64,000 bases of DNA, from the NCBI GenBank assembly GCA_965222615.1, contig CBDCUI010000009.1:928001-992000 (forward strand), written 5' to 3'. The notes below the pieces were generated by a model, which was not told where the DNA came from, did no database searches, and worked only from the letters and a program-made list of their open reading frames with translations. The translations under genes and the position numbers were made by a program. Each line of letters opens with the position of its first letter. Within the stretch, counting starts at the first letter, position 1. This DNA comes from Gammaproteobacteria bacterium. Its GTDB lineage: Bacteria > Pseudomonadota > Gammaproteobacteria > UBA4575. Below, piece by piece: positions 51,242-62,930 of this stretch.

Positions 51242-52252
51242 TCAACTTGGGGGATACTGAAATTTTCGACCTCGTTTTTCTTGCTCACGTTGCCATGCGA
51301 TGGTTTTCATCAACCCGTCTTCTAAAGAAGTCTCAGCCTTTACTCCTAACAAGCTTTCACATTTAGTAATATCTGGAACGCGTCGCATGACATCTTCATA
51401 TTTCTTCCCTGTAAATGATTTGTACGGAATTAGACGGTATTTTAGCTCTCCATCTGTTCCACTTAGCTTTTTTATCAACTTGGCTAACTCTAAAATTGAT
51501 ATCTCTGCATTACTACCAATATTAATAATCTCGCCACTCGCCTCATCCTTTACTGAAGCAAAATAGATTCCTTCCACTGTGTCGTCGACATAAGTAAAAC
51601 TCCTGGTCTGACTACCATCCCCATGAATAGGGATTTCTTCGTCTCGCAACACTGCATTGATAAATACGGGCGGTGGCCCTCCCCACCAACTAAGTGGTTG
51701 ATTGGGTCCATATGACCCAAAGAAACGTAATAAAACTACTGGAATTCTATACTCGGCTTGATAGGCAAGAGCAAGATGCTCGTCAAATAACTTAGATACT
51801 GCGTAGGCCCAACGTGGAGACAAAGAAGATCCAATTACACAATCCGATTGATCCTCACTAAATGGCAAGTTGGGATTACGTCCATATACATCTGAAGTTG
51901 AAGCCAAAACACATTTAGCTTTATTTTTAACTGAAAAATCTAGTACGTTTTCTGTGCCACTGTAATTAATCTTAAGTGTTGCAAGAGCATTACCATATCT
52001 AGGTATTTTAAATGCTGCCAAATGAACAACTAAATCTACCTTTTCATCTATAGTATCCAATACATTTTTATCTGTGATGTCACCTTTTATAAAATGAAAA
52101 TTATCATGTTCCAGCTTTCCTTCAAGATTATCCAAGCTACCCATTGATAAGTTATCCACACCAAAAACTTGGTAACCATTCGTTAAATATTTTGCAACAA
52201 GATTAGAACCAAGGAAACCTGCAACACCAGTAATTAAAATATTTTTTTCCAA
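51242..52252 (-). CDS. NAD-dependent nucleotide-sugar epimerase/dehydratase/decarboxylase (SDR)
   Basis: TGVAGFLG, ASTSDVYG, YAVSK, GDGSQTRSFTYVDD, RRVPDI. Confidence 0.88.
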   Translation of the reverse strand: MEKNILITGVAGFLGSNLVAKYLTNGYQVFGVDNLSMGSLDNLEGKLEHDNFHFIKGDITDKNVLDTIDEKVDLVVHLAAFKIPRYGNALATLKINYSGTENVLDFSVKNKAKCVLASTSDVYGRNPNLPFSEDQSDCVIGSSLSPRWAYAVSKLFDEHLALAYQAEYRIPVVLLRFFGSYGPNQPLSWWGGPPPVFINAVLRDEEIPIHGDGSQTRSFTYVDDTVEGIYFASVKDEASGEIINIGSNAEISILELAKLIKKLSGTDGELKYRLIPYKSFTGKKYEDVMRRVPDITKCESLLGVKAETSLEDGLMKTIAWQREQEKRGRKFQYPPS

Positions 52253-52283
52253 ACTTTACCCTCAATTAATAGAAACCTAATTG

Positions 52284-53378
52284 TTACTGGATTTTTTTGT
52301 TAATCAAATTCCCAAGAGAAAAAAGCTCTTCAAAATATTTTTTATTTTGCAGAGATAAAATACCTAAACTTATAAATTGAATAGATAAGACGAAAGATAC
52401 TAAACAAACAATAAATGTGTGTGGGCTATTAGCATATGACAAGGCAAGAGATTCAGTAATTATATTTGCTGCCGTCCCCTTAAGCTGAGCATATGCCTGC
52501 AAATAATGATAGAACATCCAATACGCGGAATATAGTGCAAACATGGCCATAAACAAGCCTGGTGCTATAAAAAATACAAACGGTCGAAAAACGAATCCGG
52601 AAACAAAGGTTGCCTTTATTTGCCTTAAAACTTTCATGCTGGACGTTCTTGTTCCACTATGTTCCAGACAAGGCGCCCAATTCAAATGGGCTGGTACTTG
52701 GGCAATCATCCCGCGTAGCACCATAGTTTTATATATGGCTTCAGGCATAAAATCCATGCCACGATTTCGAAATGATATTGATTTAAAAAACTTTAGATCA
52801 TATGCCCGAACCATACAGGTTAATGTAGAGATGCGGCCACGACTTAGTAATGATAAAAACTTATTTGCCCCCAAACTTAAAATTTTTCTAAAAAACGGCA
52901 CATTGGACATATGACCATTTTTCATATAAGGCGAAGCTAGAACTAATTTCGCATTTGATGTCGTTATCTTATCGAGTAGCTTTTTAATATGGTCGACGGA
53001 ATAACTAAGATCAATATCAAGAACTATAAGAAAATCATCATCTACTTCTGTATTATCAATAGCAAATTGGTGAGCTTGGCCTAGGCCAAAATTTTTAAAA
53101 AAATGATAAACATCAACATTAGAGTAGTTAGATTTTATTTCATTAGCGATGTCTTTAGTTTGATCTTTACTGCCATCGTTGATAATTAATATTCTCCAGT
53201 CATATTGACTGCTCAATGACCCCATATACTCATAGACAGTGTGAAAATTTTCTCGAAGAATTGCTTCTTCGTTATATACTGGCAAGGCAATTACCACCTT
53301 TGGCCGATGTATATCCGTTACGAAATTAACTCTTTTTGACCGAATATGCCTAATATTAGAACTTTGTTGCATCACCAC
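52284..53378 (-). CDS. GT2 glycosyltransferase, polyprenyl-phosphate (DPM/ArnC-like) type
   Basis: LPVYNEE, INDGSKD, LDIDLSY, two C-terminal TM helices. Confidence 0.85.
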   Translation of the reverse strand: MVMQQSSNIRHIRSKRVNFVTDIHRPKVVIALPVYNEEAILRENFHTVYEYMGSLSSQYDWRILIINDGSKDQTKDIANEIKSNYSNVDVYHFFKNFGLGQAHQFAIDNTEVDDDFLIVLDIDLSYSVDHIKKLLDKITTSNAKLVLASPYMKNGHMSNVPFFRKILSLGANKFLSLLSRGRISTLTCMVRAYDLKFFKSISFRNRGMDFMPEAIYKTMVLRGMIAQVPAHLNWAPCLEHSGTRTSSMKVLRQIKATFVSGFVFRPFVFFIAPGLFMAMFALYSAYWMFYHYLQAYAQLKGTAANIITESLALSYANSPHTFIVCLVSFVLSIQFISLGILSLQNKKYFEELFSLGNLINKKIQ

Positions 53379-53789
53379 ACTTATTAATTCCCCAGTTATA
53401 GGTCGGTTAAATATAGCTATATGTATTTAGAAAACATGCTTTTTATGCAAAAGCTTAGTTTCAACTAGTTGAAAGAAGCACGCTTGAGGTATTTACATAC
53501 TCATGCAGCATTAAAGCAATCACAATTAATGGGACTAAAACTATTACAATTCTTTTCATTCAAAAAATAAAGGAATCTTATCGCATTTTTGACTACTATT
53601 AATATAAGTTTTAACCACGTCACAATACAAATGAATGTAGATTAAACTAAGAATTTAGTAGACAAACCAACATTATACAGCTTAATTTTGATGCTGAATT
53701 TATTTATTAAGTACAAGTTACACTTGATAACTAATAGCCATAAAGCAATAACAATATTTCTTAAAGGACAATTAATTTAGGGTAATATC

Positions 53790-55019
53790 TTGAAAAACTA
53801 TGACCCATTAGAACAGTTTCGACGTAACAACAATTCCTTGTGTATAGGGGATTTTACACTTGGTGATATTAATAAGCTTGGATATTCAACACCTATGTAT
53901 ATTTACTCTAAAGGAGTAATAAAAAACAAAATTAAATTACTTCGAGATCTACTCACACCTGAATTCAAAATTTATTACTCGATTAAAGCCAATCCTTTCA
54001 AAGATCTTATTACTTACTTACGACAATATTTAGATGGATTTGATGTTTCTTCGCTACAAGAATTAGACCTTACACTAGAGGCTGGAATAACCGGGGGAAA
54101 TATATGCTATACAGGCCCAGGAAAAAATAATATAGAGCTACAAGAAGCAATAAAGTCAAATGTTTTAATAAGTGCTGAATCGAGATTAGAAATCGAAAAA
54201 ATTATAAAGCTAGGAACCGATTTAAATATACTGCCAAGAATATTAATACGCATAAACCCTAACTATACTCAGCGTCGTGCTGGCATGAAAATGGCTAGCG
54301 GATCTAGCCCGTTTGGAATTGATGAAGAATTTTTACCTGATTTAATTACTTGGTTGGATACAACAACAATCCAGCTCGAAGGTTTTCACATTTATACGGG
54401 ATCGCAAATTTTAGATGCGGATGCAATCAATGATGCTCAAAAGCATACATTTAAATTGCTAAGCAACCTTGCTGGCATTACAAATCAACCCGTTAAGATC
54501 ATCAATGTTGGTGGTGGTTTTGGTATACCTTATTTTTCAAAACATAATCCACTCGATATCAGTTCTGTAACTGATAACCTGAAACACCTTAGATCCAAAC
54601 TGAGTACTAAAATATTTTCAGACAAACTTGAAACCATCCTTGAATTGGGTCGCTATATTGTGGGTGAAAGTGGTATTTATTTATGCAAGATAATAGATAA
54701 AAAAGTTTCTCGTGGAAAAACATACGTAATTACAGATGGAGGAATGCACCACCATCTTGCAGCTAGTGGAAACTTAGGACAAAAGGTTCGCAAAAATTTT
54801 CCTGTTTATGTTGCGAATAGAATACACTCGAAAAAAAAGGAAAAGGTTACCGTTGTCGGTAAACTTTGCACTCCCTTAGACATACTGGCTGACGATGTTG
54901 AATTAAGTGAATGCTATGTAGGTGATTATATAGCTATTATGAATTCTGGGGCCTATTCGCTTTCCGCCAGCCCGATCAACTTTTTAGGACACCCTGTTGC
55001 CCAAGAAATATTGCTATAG
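53790..55019 (+). CDS. PLP-dependent decarboxylase (LysA fold), resembling the exosortase-A-associated type
   Basis: YSIKANP, GPGK, HIYTGSQ, GGGFG, ELGRY, DGGMHHHLAASGNLGQ.VRKNFP, GKLCTPLD. Confidence 0.82.
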   Translation: MKNYDPLEQFRRNNNSLCIGDFTLGDINKLGYSTPMYIYSKGVIKNKIKLLRDLLTPEFKIYYSIKANPFKDLITYLRQYLDGFDVSSLQELDLTLEAGITGGNICYTGPGKNNIELQEAIKSNVLISAESRLEIEKIIKLGTDLNILPRILIRINPNYTQRRAGMKMASGSSPFGIDEEFLPDLITWLDTTTIQLEGFHIYTGSQILDADAINDAQKHTFKLLSNLAGITNQPVKIINVGGGFGIPYFSKHNPLDISSVTDNLKHLRSKLSTKIFSDKLETILELGRYIVGESGIYLCKIIDKKVSRGKTYVITDGGMHHHLAASGNLGQKVRKNFPVYVANRIHSKKKEKVTVVGKLCTPLDILADDVELSECYVGDYIAIMNSGAYSLSASPINFLGHPVAQEILL

Positions 55020-55186
55020 TGATTTTTTTATATCGAGATCAAATTTCTATAATCTATGCGACTTAATTCGCACTTTGTCTAATTTAATTCCATTTTAATC
55101 GCTAAATAATAATAAATATGTATAAGATGTAATAGAGTACCTTATCTTGTATTCAGTACATTTTTTTTCAAAAAACTATAAATCTA

Positions 55187-56464
55187 ATGACAGACCTTCA
55201 AAATACACAAATTGGCATAATCGGCCTTGGCTATGTCGGCTTACCCCTGGCAGTTGAATTTGGAAAAGTTTTGCCAACATTAGGGTTTGACGTTGATAAC
55301 AGAAGAATTGAAGAAGTAAAAAGCGGGCATGACCGAACGCTAGAAGTTAGCAAAGAGGAAATTGAAGAATCATCTCAGTTGAGTCTCACTAATAATTCTC
55401 AAGATCTAAAAAGCTGTAACATATATATCGTTACTGTACCTACCCCAATCGACGACCACAAAACTCCAGATCTAACAGTCATAAAAAAAGCCTCAAAAAT
55501 TGTTGGCACCGTATTAACAAAGGACGATATCGTAATCTATGAATCCACCGTATATCCAGGAGTCACTGAAGAAGTTTGCGTGCCCATCTTGGAACATGAA
55601 TCAGGTCTAAAGTTTAATACCGATTTTTATGTGGGCTATAGCCCAGAACGCATTAACCCTGGGGATAAAAAACATCGTTTGATAAATATCAAAAAAGTAA
55701 CCTCAGGCTCTACACCTGAAATTGCAGAAACTGTAGACCAGTTATATCAGCAGATCATTCAAGCTGGAACGCATAAAGCCAGCAACATAAAAGTAGCAGA
55801 AGCCGCAAAAGTAATTGAAAACACTCAACGTGACATCAATATTGCATTGATCAATGAATTATCATTAATTTTTTCTCGAATGGATATCGATACTCATGAA
55901 GTTTTAGAAGCGGCTGGCACAAAATGGAACTTTTTACCTTTCCGCCCTGGATTAGTCGGTGGACACTGTATCGGTGTAGATCCTTACTACCTTACTCATA
56001 AGGCTCAAGAAGTTGGATACAATCCAGAAATTATTTTATCTGGGCGAAGAATTAATGATGGTATGGGGCCATATGTGGCAGAAAGTGTAATCAAGTTAAT
56101 GACCAAGAAAAAAATTCATGTGGTAAATTCCAAAATTCTTATTTTAGGGTTTACCTTTAAAGAAAATTGTCCAGATACACGAAACACCCGCGTAATTGAT
56201 ATTGTGCGGGAATTTGATAGTTATCACGCATTGGTGGAGATCTACGATCCATGGATAGATATTAACGATACAAAAAAAGAATATAACGCCTCTTTTTTAA
56301 ATGAACTACCATCAACCAAATACGAAGCTATCATACTTGCCGTAAATCATGATCAATTTAAACAAATGGGAGCAGAACAAATCCATGCGCTCGGTAACGA
56401 AAATCATGTGCTTTATGATGTTAAGAATGTACTTCCCAAACACGAAGTTGACGGAAGGCTTTAA
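55187..56464 (+). CDS. UDP-N-acetylhexosamine C6 dehydrogenase (TviB/WbpO/WbpA family)
   Basis: [46 protein letters not shown]. Confidence 0.92.
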   Translation: MTDLQNTQIGIIGLGYVGLPLAVEFGKVLPTLGFDVDNRRIEEVKSGHDRTLEVSKEEIEESSQLSLTNNSQDLKSCNIYIVTVPTPIDDHKTPDLTVIKKASKIVGTVLTKDDIVIYESTVYPGVTEEVCVPILEHESGLKFNTDFYVGYSPERINPGDKKHRLINIKKVTSGSTPEIAETVDQLYQQIIQAGTHKASNIKVAEAAKVIENTQRDINIALINELSLIFSRMDIDTHEVLEAAGTKWNFLPFRPGLVGGHCIGVDPYYLTHKAQEVGYNPEIILSGRRINDGMGPYVAESVIKLMTKKKIHVVNSKILILGFTFKENCPDTRNTRVIDIVREFDSYHALVEIYDPWIDINDTKKEYNASFLNELPSTKYEAIILAVNHDQFKQMGAEQIHALGNENHVLYDVKNVLPKHEVDGRL

Positions 56465-56492
56465 ACGTTAAATCAATAAGGGCATAGCCATC

Positions 56493-57500
56493 ATGAAAGT
56501 AGTAGTCACTGGATCAGCTGGGTTTATCGGCTCAGCAGTTTCACTTTCTTTACTAAATCGAGGAGATGAAGTATTAGGCATAGACAATGTCAATGATTAC
56601 TACGACGTAAATCTTAAACTTGCGAGACTGGAAAGAACTCAAGCTTACGAGAAATTCACCGAAGCTCGTATTAATTTAGAAGATAAGGATGCATTGTTCA
56701 CAGCAATATCAGAATTCAAACCCGAACGTGTAATAAACCTAGCCGCACAAGCTGGGGTTCGTTATTCGATTAAAAATCCTTTCTCCTATGTGAATACCAA
56801 TCTTGTTGGTTTTATTAATCTATTAGAAGCTTGTCGACATAACCATGTTGAACACTTGGTTTATGCGTCAAGCAGCTCCGTCTATGGGGCAAACACAAAA
56901 ATGCCTTTTTCAGTTCACGATAATGTCGACCATCCAATAAGTATGTACGCTGCAACAAAAAAGGCCAATGAATTAATGGCCCATACCTATAGTAATTTAT
57001 ATCAACTACCAACTACGGGATTACGTTTTTTCACGGTATATGGTCCCTGGGGTCGACCCGACATGGCCTTGTTTTTATTTACCAAAAATATTTTAGCGGG
57101 GAAACCCATTGACGTTTTTAATTACGGAAATCATCGCAGAGACTTCACTTATATCGATGATATTGTAGAGGGTGTAATTCGAACACTAGACCATATCCCC
57201 CAGCCTAATGCTAATTGGTCGGGTGATAATCCTGACAGCGCGACCAGTTTTGCCCCCTATCGACTTTACAATATTGGCAACAACCAACCTGTAGAGCTCA
57301 AATATTACATTCAGGTGCTGGAAGACAACCTTGGCAAAAAGGCACAACAAAACTTACTACCATTACAGGCTGGTGATGTACCTGATACCTATGCAGATGT
57401 AGAAGCACTCGTCCAAGATGTCGGCTATAAACCTAATACAAGCATAGAAATAGGCATTAAGAACTTTGTAGACTGGTATCGTGAATTTTACAAAATATGA
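56493..57500 (+). CDS. UDP-hexuronate 4-epimerase (CapI/WcaG-like)
   Basis: [39 protein letters not shown]. Confidence 0.92.
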   Translation: MKVVVTGSAGFIGSAVSLSLLNRGDEVLGIDNVNDYYDVNLKLARLERTQAYEKFTEARINLEDKDALFTAISEFKPERVINLAAQAGVRYSIKNPFSYVNTNLVGFINLLEACRHNHVEHLVYASSSSVYGANTKMPFSVHDNVDHPISMYAATKKANELMAHTYSNLYQLPTTGLRFFTVYGPWGRPDMALFLFTKNILAGKPIDVFNYGNHRRDFTYIDDIVEGVIRTLDHIPQPNANWSGDNPDSATSFAPYRLYNIGNNQPVELKYYIQVLEDNLGKKAQQNLLPLQAGDVPDTYADVEALVQDVGYKPNTSIEIGIKNFVDWYREFYKI

Positions 57501-57686
57501 CGCTGAATTGACGCTCATTTACCCCTGAATTGTACATTCAACTGTTGCTTGAAATCAGTGAGTTATGTATTATTCCCTATAATTCATAATACTAATAATC
57601 ATAGCCTCTTGATTTATATGGGATTTAGCTTAAAAAAGCTGAATAAGTCAAGAAACTACTAAGCACACAAGACAAGGAGCAATTAT

Positions 57687-57956
57687 ATGCAACTTGTAAA
57701 CGTACTTTTGTCCATGGGATTAATTATTTTAATTCTTGGCATCACCGTGTTGTCTGCTTGTACACTCACCGCCTCTTCACACGGTATAAATTTCTTAGGC
57801 CTCAGATCACTAAAACAACCCACAAAAAAGGAAAAACGTAAATACGAGCGACGCCAATTAGAAAATTATTCATTCCCATTCAGCTGTACGGATGGCACCA
57901 CAGTTTATCTAGATAGGCGTAGAGGCAAAGACAGACGAACTCATTTTTCTACCTAG
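57687..57956 (+). CDS. Small membrane-anchored protein with ERR/DRR motifs
   Basis: AAGGAG SD; N-terminal TM helix; YERRQ...FPF...DG..VYLDRRRGKDRR. Confidence 0.65.
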   Translation: MQLVNVLLSMGLIILILGITVLSACTLTASSHGINFLGLRSLKQPTKKEKRKYERRQLENYSFPFSCTDGTTVYLDRRRGKDRRTHFST

Positions 57957-57981
57957 GGGAGCTTTGATTTATTAGCTGCGC

Positions 57982-59061
57982 TCATAAACTCAATTCAAAT
58001 TCACGCATAAACTCAACCAAAGCCTCCACCCCAGCTTGTGGTATAGCATTGTATAAACTGACTCGTACCCCACCAACTGTCTTATGTCCAGTTAAGCCAA
58101 GCAACTTATTCGACACTGCTTGTTTTAAAAAATTTTTTTGCAAAGTCTCATCTTGAAAAAAAAACGGAATATTAATTTTTGAACGACATTCATTAATTAC
58201 TATATTTTCATATAAATTACTATTATCAATTACGTCATATACTAAAGCAGAATTCTGTTTGCTTCTGCGATGCATCTCTTTGAGCCCACCTTCTTTTTTA
58301 AGCCAGTCGAGTATTAAAGATAAAACATAAATTGCAAATGTTGGAGGTGTATTGGTAAGTGATGCATTATCAGCACACAATTTATAATCATATAAACGTG
58401 GCACATTACTGCTAGTTTGACTTAATAGTTCTTTGTTAATAATCACAATACAAAGACCTGCAATACCCAAGTTTTTTTGCGCACTGGCATAAATTAAATC
58501 AAACTTATTAATATCAATTGGGTGCATAAGAATAGAAGATGTCATGTCACACACAAGTGGAACACCTTTTGTATTCGGTATCTGATCTAAGGCGATACCA
58601 ATAATCGTTTCATTATCGCAATAGTGCACATAAGATGCCTTTGAGTTTAAATTCCAAGCTTCTATAGGTACAATAGACAAATACCCACCATCATGTAATG
58701 CATCAATCGCCTTAACTTCAGCGAAACGCCGCGCTTCATCATAGGCTTTCCAAGACCACAACCCGGTACACACATAATCAGCGGTTTTACCTTCTCCAAG
58801 GAAATTCAAAGGCAGCATGGAGAACTGGCTAGTCGCACCTCCATGCATGAATAACACTGCGTAATCATCTGGAACCTGTAAGAGCTCCCGTAATAGCCTC
58901 TCGGCACAATCTCTAATCTTACGAAATTCATCACTTCGGTGGGCAAGTTCAAGAACGGATAAACTGGTATCGTTGTAATCTAAAAGCTCGCTTCGAATTT
59001 TTTCTAATACGGGCTTGGGAAGTGACGCTGGGCCTGCCCCAAAATAGTAAGTTGTTTGCAT
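57982..59061 (-). CDS. serC: Phosphoserine aminotransferase
   Basis: FGAGPASLP, ELAHRS, DMTSS, ASAQKNLG, NTPPTF, GH..VGGVRVSLYNA; likely ATG 59061. Confidence 0.95.
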   Translation of the reverse strand: MQTTYYFGAGPASLPKPVLEKIRSELLDYNDTSLSVLELAHRSDEFRKIRDCAERLLRELLQVPDDYAVLFMHGGATSQFSMLPLNFLGEGKTADYVCTGLWSWKAYDEARRFAEVKAIDALHDGGYLSIVPIEAWNLNSKASYVHYCDNETIIGIALDQIPNTKGVPLVCDMTSSILMHPIDINKFDLIYASAQKNLGIAGLCIVIINKELLSQTSSNVPRLYDYKLCADNASLTNTPPTFAIYVLSLILDWLKKEGGLKEMHRRSKQNSALVYDVIDNSNLYENIVINECRSKINIPFFFQDETLQKNFLKQAVSNKLLGLTGHKTVGGVRVSLYNAIPQAGVEALVEFMREFELSL

Positions 59062-59143
59062 AAAGTAGATTTCAAAAGATAGACAGGTCAAATAAGTTTA
59101 GACCCATAAGAGACACTTTGAAAACTAAGACAGACGTATAAGT

Positions 59144-61702
59144 TTAATTATCCGTACTAGATAAGTTTTCAATCCTTTCCACTTCGACTAATTTTTCTTC
59201 TTCTGATAAACGTATCAGACGGACACCCTGAGTATTACGCCCCATTTGTGATACATCTTTTACTGGAGTTCTTACCAAAGTTCCACTGTCCGTAATTAGC
59301 ATAATTTCATCATCTTCCGATATCGCGACAGCTCCAACTACTTTTCCATTTCTTCCTGTCGTTTGAATTGCAATAACACCCTGACCGCCACGGTTTTGTT
59401 GTGGATAATCTTCTATTTTTGTTCTTTTACCATAGCCATTTTCAGTGGCTACTAAGATATCCGTTGCATGCATAGTTGGTGTAATCGTTATTAAGCCAAT
59501 TACTTTTTGGCTCTCTGTTAGCTTAATTCCTCGTACACCGGTAGCGTTACGGCCCATCGCGCGAACACCTTCTTCATTAAAGCGAATGGCCTTGCCCGCA
59601 TCACTGACCATTAAAATATCAGTATCTCCATTGGTAATGGCAACATCAATCAGGTAATCACCTTCACGCAAATCAACAGCAATGATGCCACTGGAACGAG
59701 GACGAGAAAACTCAATAAGACGCGTCTTTTTAACGGTACCGCTACTGGCAACCATGACGATATAGGCATCCTCGCTATATTCTTTTACCGGTAAAACTGC
59801 ATTAATTCGCTCGCCTTCTTGTAACGGTAAGAGGTTTACAATTGGTTTGCCGCGTGCAGTACGACCTGCTTGCGGTAGCTCATAGACCTTAAGCCAATAA
59901 ACCTTACCGAGACTGGAAAAACATAAAATCGTGTCGTGCGTGTTAGCTACAAACAACTGATCAACAAAGTCTTCAGCCTTAACTGAAGTAGCCGCCTTGC
60001 CTCGACCGCCACGACGTTGGGCTCGATACGTATCCAAAGGCTGAGATTTTGCATAACCTGCATGCGATAAGGTGACCACTACATCTTCTTCTGGAATGAG
60101 ATCTTCCATAGTGAGATCAACTTGTGCCTCAGAAATTTCAGTGCGTCGTTCATCACCATATTGTTCGCGTATGACTTCGAGTTCTTCTCGAATCACCCGC
60201 ATTAATCGGTCAGGGTCTTGTAATATATTCAGCAAATCAATTATCTTATCCAGCAATTCGCCATAGTCATTGACAATTTTGTCTTGTTCTAAACCCGTCA
60301 ATCGATGTAACCGCAAATCTAAGATGGCTTGTGCCTGTGCAGGCGAAAGATGATATTCACCATTGTGCATACCATATTCTGGAGCCAAATCTTCAGGACG
60401 TGATGAATCTGCACCAGCGCGCTTTAACATCTTTGTTACCACACCGGGTTTCCAAGATTTTGCAATTAGCTTTTCCTTAGCAACTGCTGGACTCTCGGAT
60501 TTTTTAATTAATGCAATAATTTCATCAATATTTGTGAGAGCAACGGCTTGGCCTTCGAGAATATGTGCACGCTCTCGCGCTTTACGTAATTCAAAAATAG
60601 TACGGCGTGTAACGACATCACGACGGTGCCGGATAAACGATTGCAATATTTGCTTTAAATTGAGCAATCGTGGTTGACCATCAACCAATGCCACCATATT
60701 CATTCCAAACACACTCTGCATAGGAGTGTGCTTGTAGAGATTGTTTAAAATAACTTCGCTGACTTCACCACGACGTAATTCAATAACGATGCGCATACCA
60801 TCTTTATCGGATTCATCACGCAAACCGTCGCTGGCAATCCCTTCTAGTCGCTTCTCTTTGACTAAATCAGCTATCTTGATAATTAAATTGGCTTTATTAA
60901 CTTGATAAGGTAGTTCAGTAACAACTATACGTTCACGTCCACTTTTCTCATCTTTCTCAATATGTGTTCGTGCTCGCATATGTACACGTCCGCGACCTGT
61001 TCGATAGGCGGCAACAATACCTTGTCGACCATTAATAATTGCGGCAGTTGGAAAATCTGGACCGGGTAAATACTCCATCAATTCTTGATAGTCTGCTTCG
61101 GGATTTTCAATTAATGCGATACTGGCATTAATCACTTCAGTTAAATTATGTGGCGGTATGTTTGTGGCCATCCCCACAGCAATCCCAGACGAACCATTGA
61201 CAAGTAAGTTTGGAATACGCGTAGGGAAAACCGTAGGTTCTGTTTCTGAATTGTCGTAGTTAGGAACAAAATCGACCGTTTCTTTCTCAAGATCAGCGAG
61301 AATCTCATGTGCAATCTTGGCCATTCGCACTTCGGTATAGCGCATTGCAGCCGGCGCATCACCATCTACCGAACCAAAGTTGCCTTGGCCATCTACCAAC
61401 ATATAGCGCATGGAAAAAGGTTGCGCCATGCGCACAATGGTGTCGTACACAGCCGACTCACCATGCGGATGATATTTACCTATGACATCACCCACTACAC
61501 GTGCTGACTTTTTATAGGGCTTGTTCCAGTCATTGCCAAGCTCATGCATGGCATATAAAACACGTCGGTGTACAGGTTTTAGTCCATCTCTAACATCAGG
61601 TAAGGCACGACCCACGATTACGCTCATTGCGTAATCGAGATACGATTGCCGCATCTCATCTTCGAGATTTACAGATAAAATTTCTTTGGCAATTGCAGCC
61701 AT
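59144..61702 (-). CDS. gyrA: DNA gyrase subunit A
   Basis: [20 protein letters not shown], GyrA-box QRRGGRG. Confidence 0.98.
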   Translation of the reverse strand: MAAIAKEILSVNLEDEMRQSYLDYAMSVIVGRALPDVRDGLKPVHRRVLYAMHELGNDWNKPYKKSARVVGDVIGKYHPHGESAVYDTIVRMAQPFSMRYMLVDGQGNFGSVDGDAPAAMRYTEVRMAKIAHEILADLEKETVDFVPNYDNSETEPTVFPTRIPNLLVNGSSGIAVGMATNIPPHNLTEVINASIALIENPEADYQELMEYLPGPDFPTAAIINGRQGIVAAYRTGRGRVHMRARTHIEKDEKSGRERIVVTELPYQVNKANLIIKIADLVKEKRLEGIASDGLRDESDKDGMRIVIELRRGEVSEVILNNLYKHTPMQSVFGMNMVALVDGQPRLLNLKQILQSFIRHRRDVVTRRTIFELRKARERAHILEGQAVALTNIDEIIALIKKSESPAVAKEKLIAKSWKPGVVTKMLKRAGADSSRPEDLAPEYGMHNGEYHLSPAQAQAILDLRLHRLTGLEQDKIVNDYGELLDKIIDLLNILQDPDRLMRVIREELEVIREQYGDERRTEISEAQVDLTMEDLIPEEDVVVTLSHAGYAKSQPLDTYRAQRRGGRGKAATSVKAEDFVDQLFVANTHDTILCFSSLGKVYWLKVYELPQAGRTARGKPIVNLLPLQEGERINAVLPVKEYSEDAYIVMVASSGTVKKTRLIEFSRPRSSGIIAVDLREGDYLIDVAITNGDTDILMVSDAGKAIRFNEEGVRAMGRNATGVRGIKLTESQKVIGLITITPTMHATDILVATENGYGKRTKIEDYPQQNRGGQGVIAIQTTGRNGKVVGAVAISEDDEIMLITDSGTLVRTPVKDVSQMGRNTQGVRLIRLSEEEKLVEVERIENLSSTDN

Positions 61703-61889
61703 GATTTATGAATTTATGGCGATTTAATGAGGATTAGAAATTCGTTCTAGGAGCATTAAGTATAACACAAGTCCCCAACAAAGGGTTGCTAAAAAAAGCA
61801 TTTAAAATTGAGTTGAATGCCTTAAAATAAATTTTACTATGATATAAGTTATATTTTTTCTATTGCCTAAGGCAAAATTGCAAAAATTC

Positions 61890-62930
61890 CTAATTTTGCA
61901 TTAGTGCTTCAATTTTACTTCGGTTAGGCACCTCAACCACACCTTTTTCCGTCACTAAGGCGGTTACAAATTGCGCCGGCGTGATATCAAAAACTGGATT
62001 CCAGACCTGTGCATTTTGTGGGCCAAATGAGTAATCACAGTACTGAGTTAATTCATTCGCAGAGCGTTCTTCTATAGCGATTTCGTCTCCAGTGCTAATT
62101 TCCATGTCGATAGTACTGGTAGGAGCCGCAACCATGAACTTCACCCCATGCTGTTTTGCCATGACTGCTAATGAGTATGTGCCAATTTTATTTGCGACAT
62201 CACCATTGCTGGCAACACGATCGGCTCCTACAATAATCCAGGCAATTTGCTTTTGGCGCATTAACGTTGCTGCAGCACTGTCACAAATGATGGTGACTGG
62301 AATATTATCCTGTAGAAGTTCCCAAGCAGTAAGTCTTGTACCTTGAAACCAAGGTCGGGTTTCATCCGCATAAATTTTGTTAATTTTATTTTCCACAAAA
62401 GCACTACGTATGACGCCAAGCGCTGTTCCATAACCACCTGTAGCCAGTGCACCCGCATTACAATGTGTCAATACAGAAGAATCATTCTGAATAAGTCGAG
62501 CTCCATACTCGCCTAGTGTTTTATTAATTTGAACATCATCTTGATGAATCTCTAGCGCTAGCTGCAATAATTCTTCCACTGGATCACCCGATTGAATCGT
62601 GCCAATGGCGTGACGCATGCGTTGAATCGCCCATTGTAAATTCACTGCCGTGGGACGTGCTGATGATAAATCTCTAAGATCTTTTTCTAGACATTCTTGC
62701 CAATGAGTAGGCGACTTTGCGTAACAGGCTCTTGCAGCCAGTACTACGCCATAAGCTGCGGTAACGCCAATGGCAGGCGCACCTCGAACCACCATATCCT
62801 TGATGGCAGTGGCCACTTCTTCTACTTTGGAATATTTAATAAATTGTATTTCATTAGGCAACTTGCGCTGATCTAGCAGCACAAGTTGATCGTCTTGCCA
62901 AACGATAGCTTGATCGGCCAATGAAGTCAT
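61890..62930 (-). CDS. mtnA: Methylthioribose-1-phosphate isomerase
   Basis: LLDQRKLP, MVVRGAPAIG, RPTAVNL, THCNAG, DETRP, ANKIGTY. Confidence 0.95.
   Translation of the reverse strand: MTSLADQAIVWQDDQLVLLDQRKLPNEIQFIKYSKVEEVATAIKDMVVRGAPAIGVTAAYGVVLAARACYAKSPTHWQECLEKDLRDLSSARPTAVNLQWAIQRMRHAIGTIQSGDPVEELLQLALEIHQDDVQINKTLGEYGARLIQNDSSVLTHCNAGALATGGYGTALGVIRSAFVENKINKIYADETRPWFQGTRLTAWELLQDNIPVTIICDSAAATLMRQKQIAWIIVGADRVASNGDVANKIGTYSLAVMAKQHGVKFMVAAPTSTIDMEISTGDEIAIEERSANELTQYCDYSFGPQNAQVWNPVFDITPAQFVTALVTEKGVVEVPNRSKIEALMQN

Noticed and set aside
51211-51288. 47-bp overlap between the FAD oxidoreductase and SDR ORFs
   Set aside because: Artefact of the longest-ORF call; the Rossmann motif begins at ATG 51210
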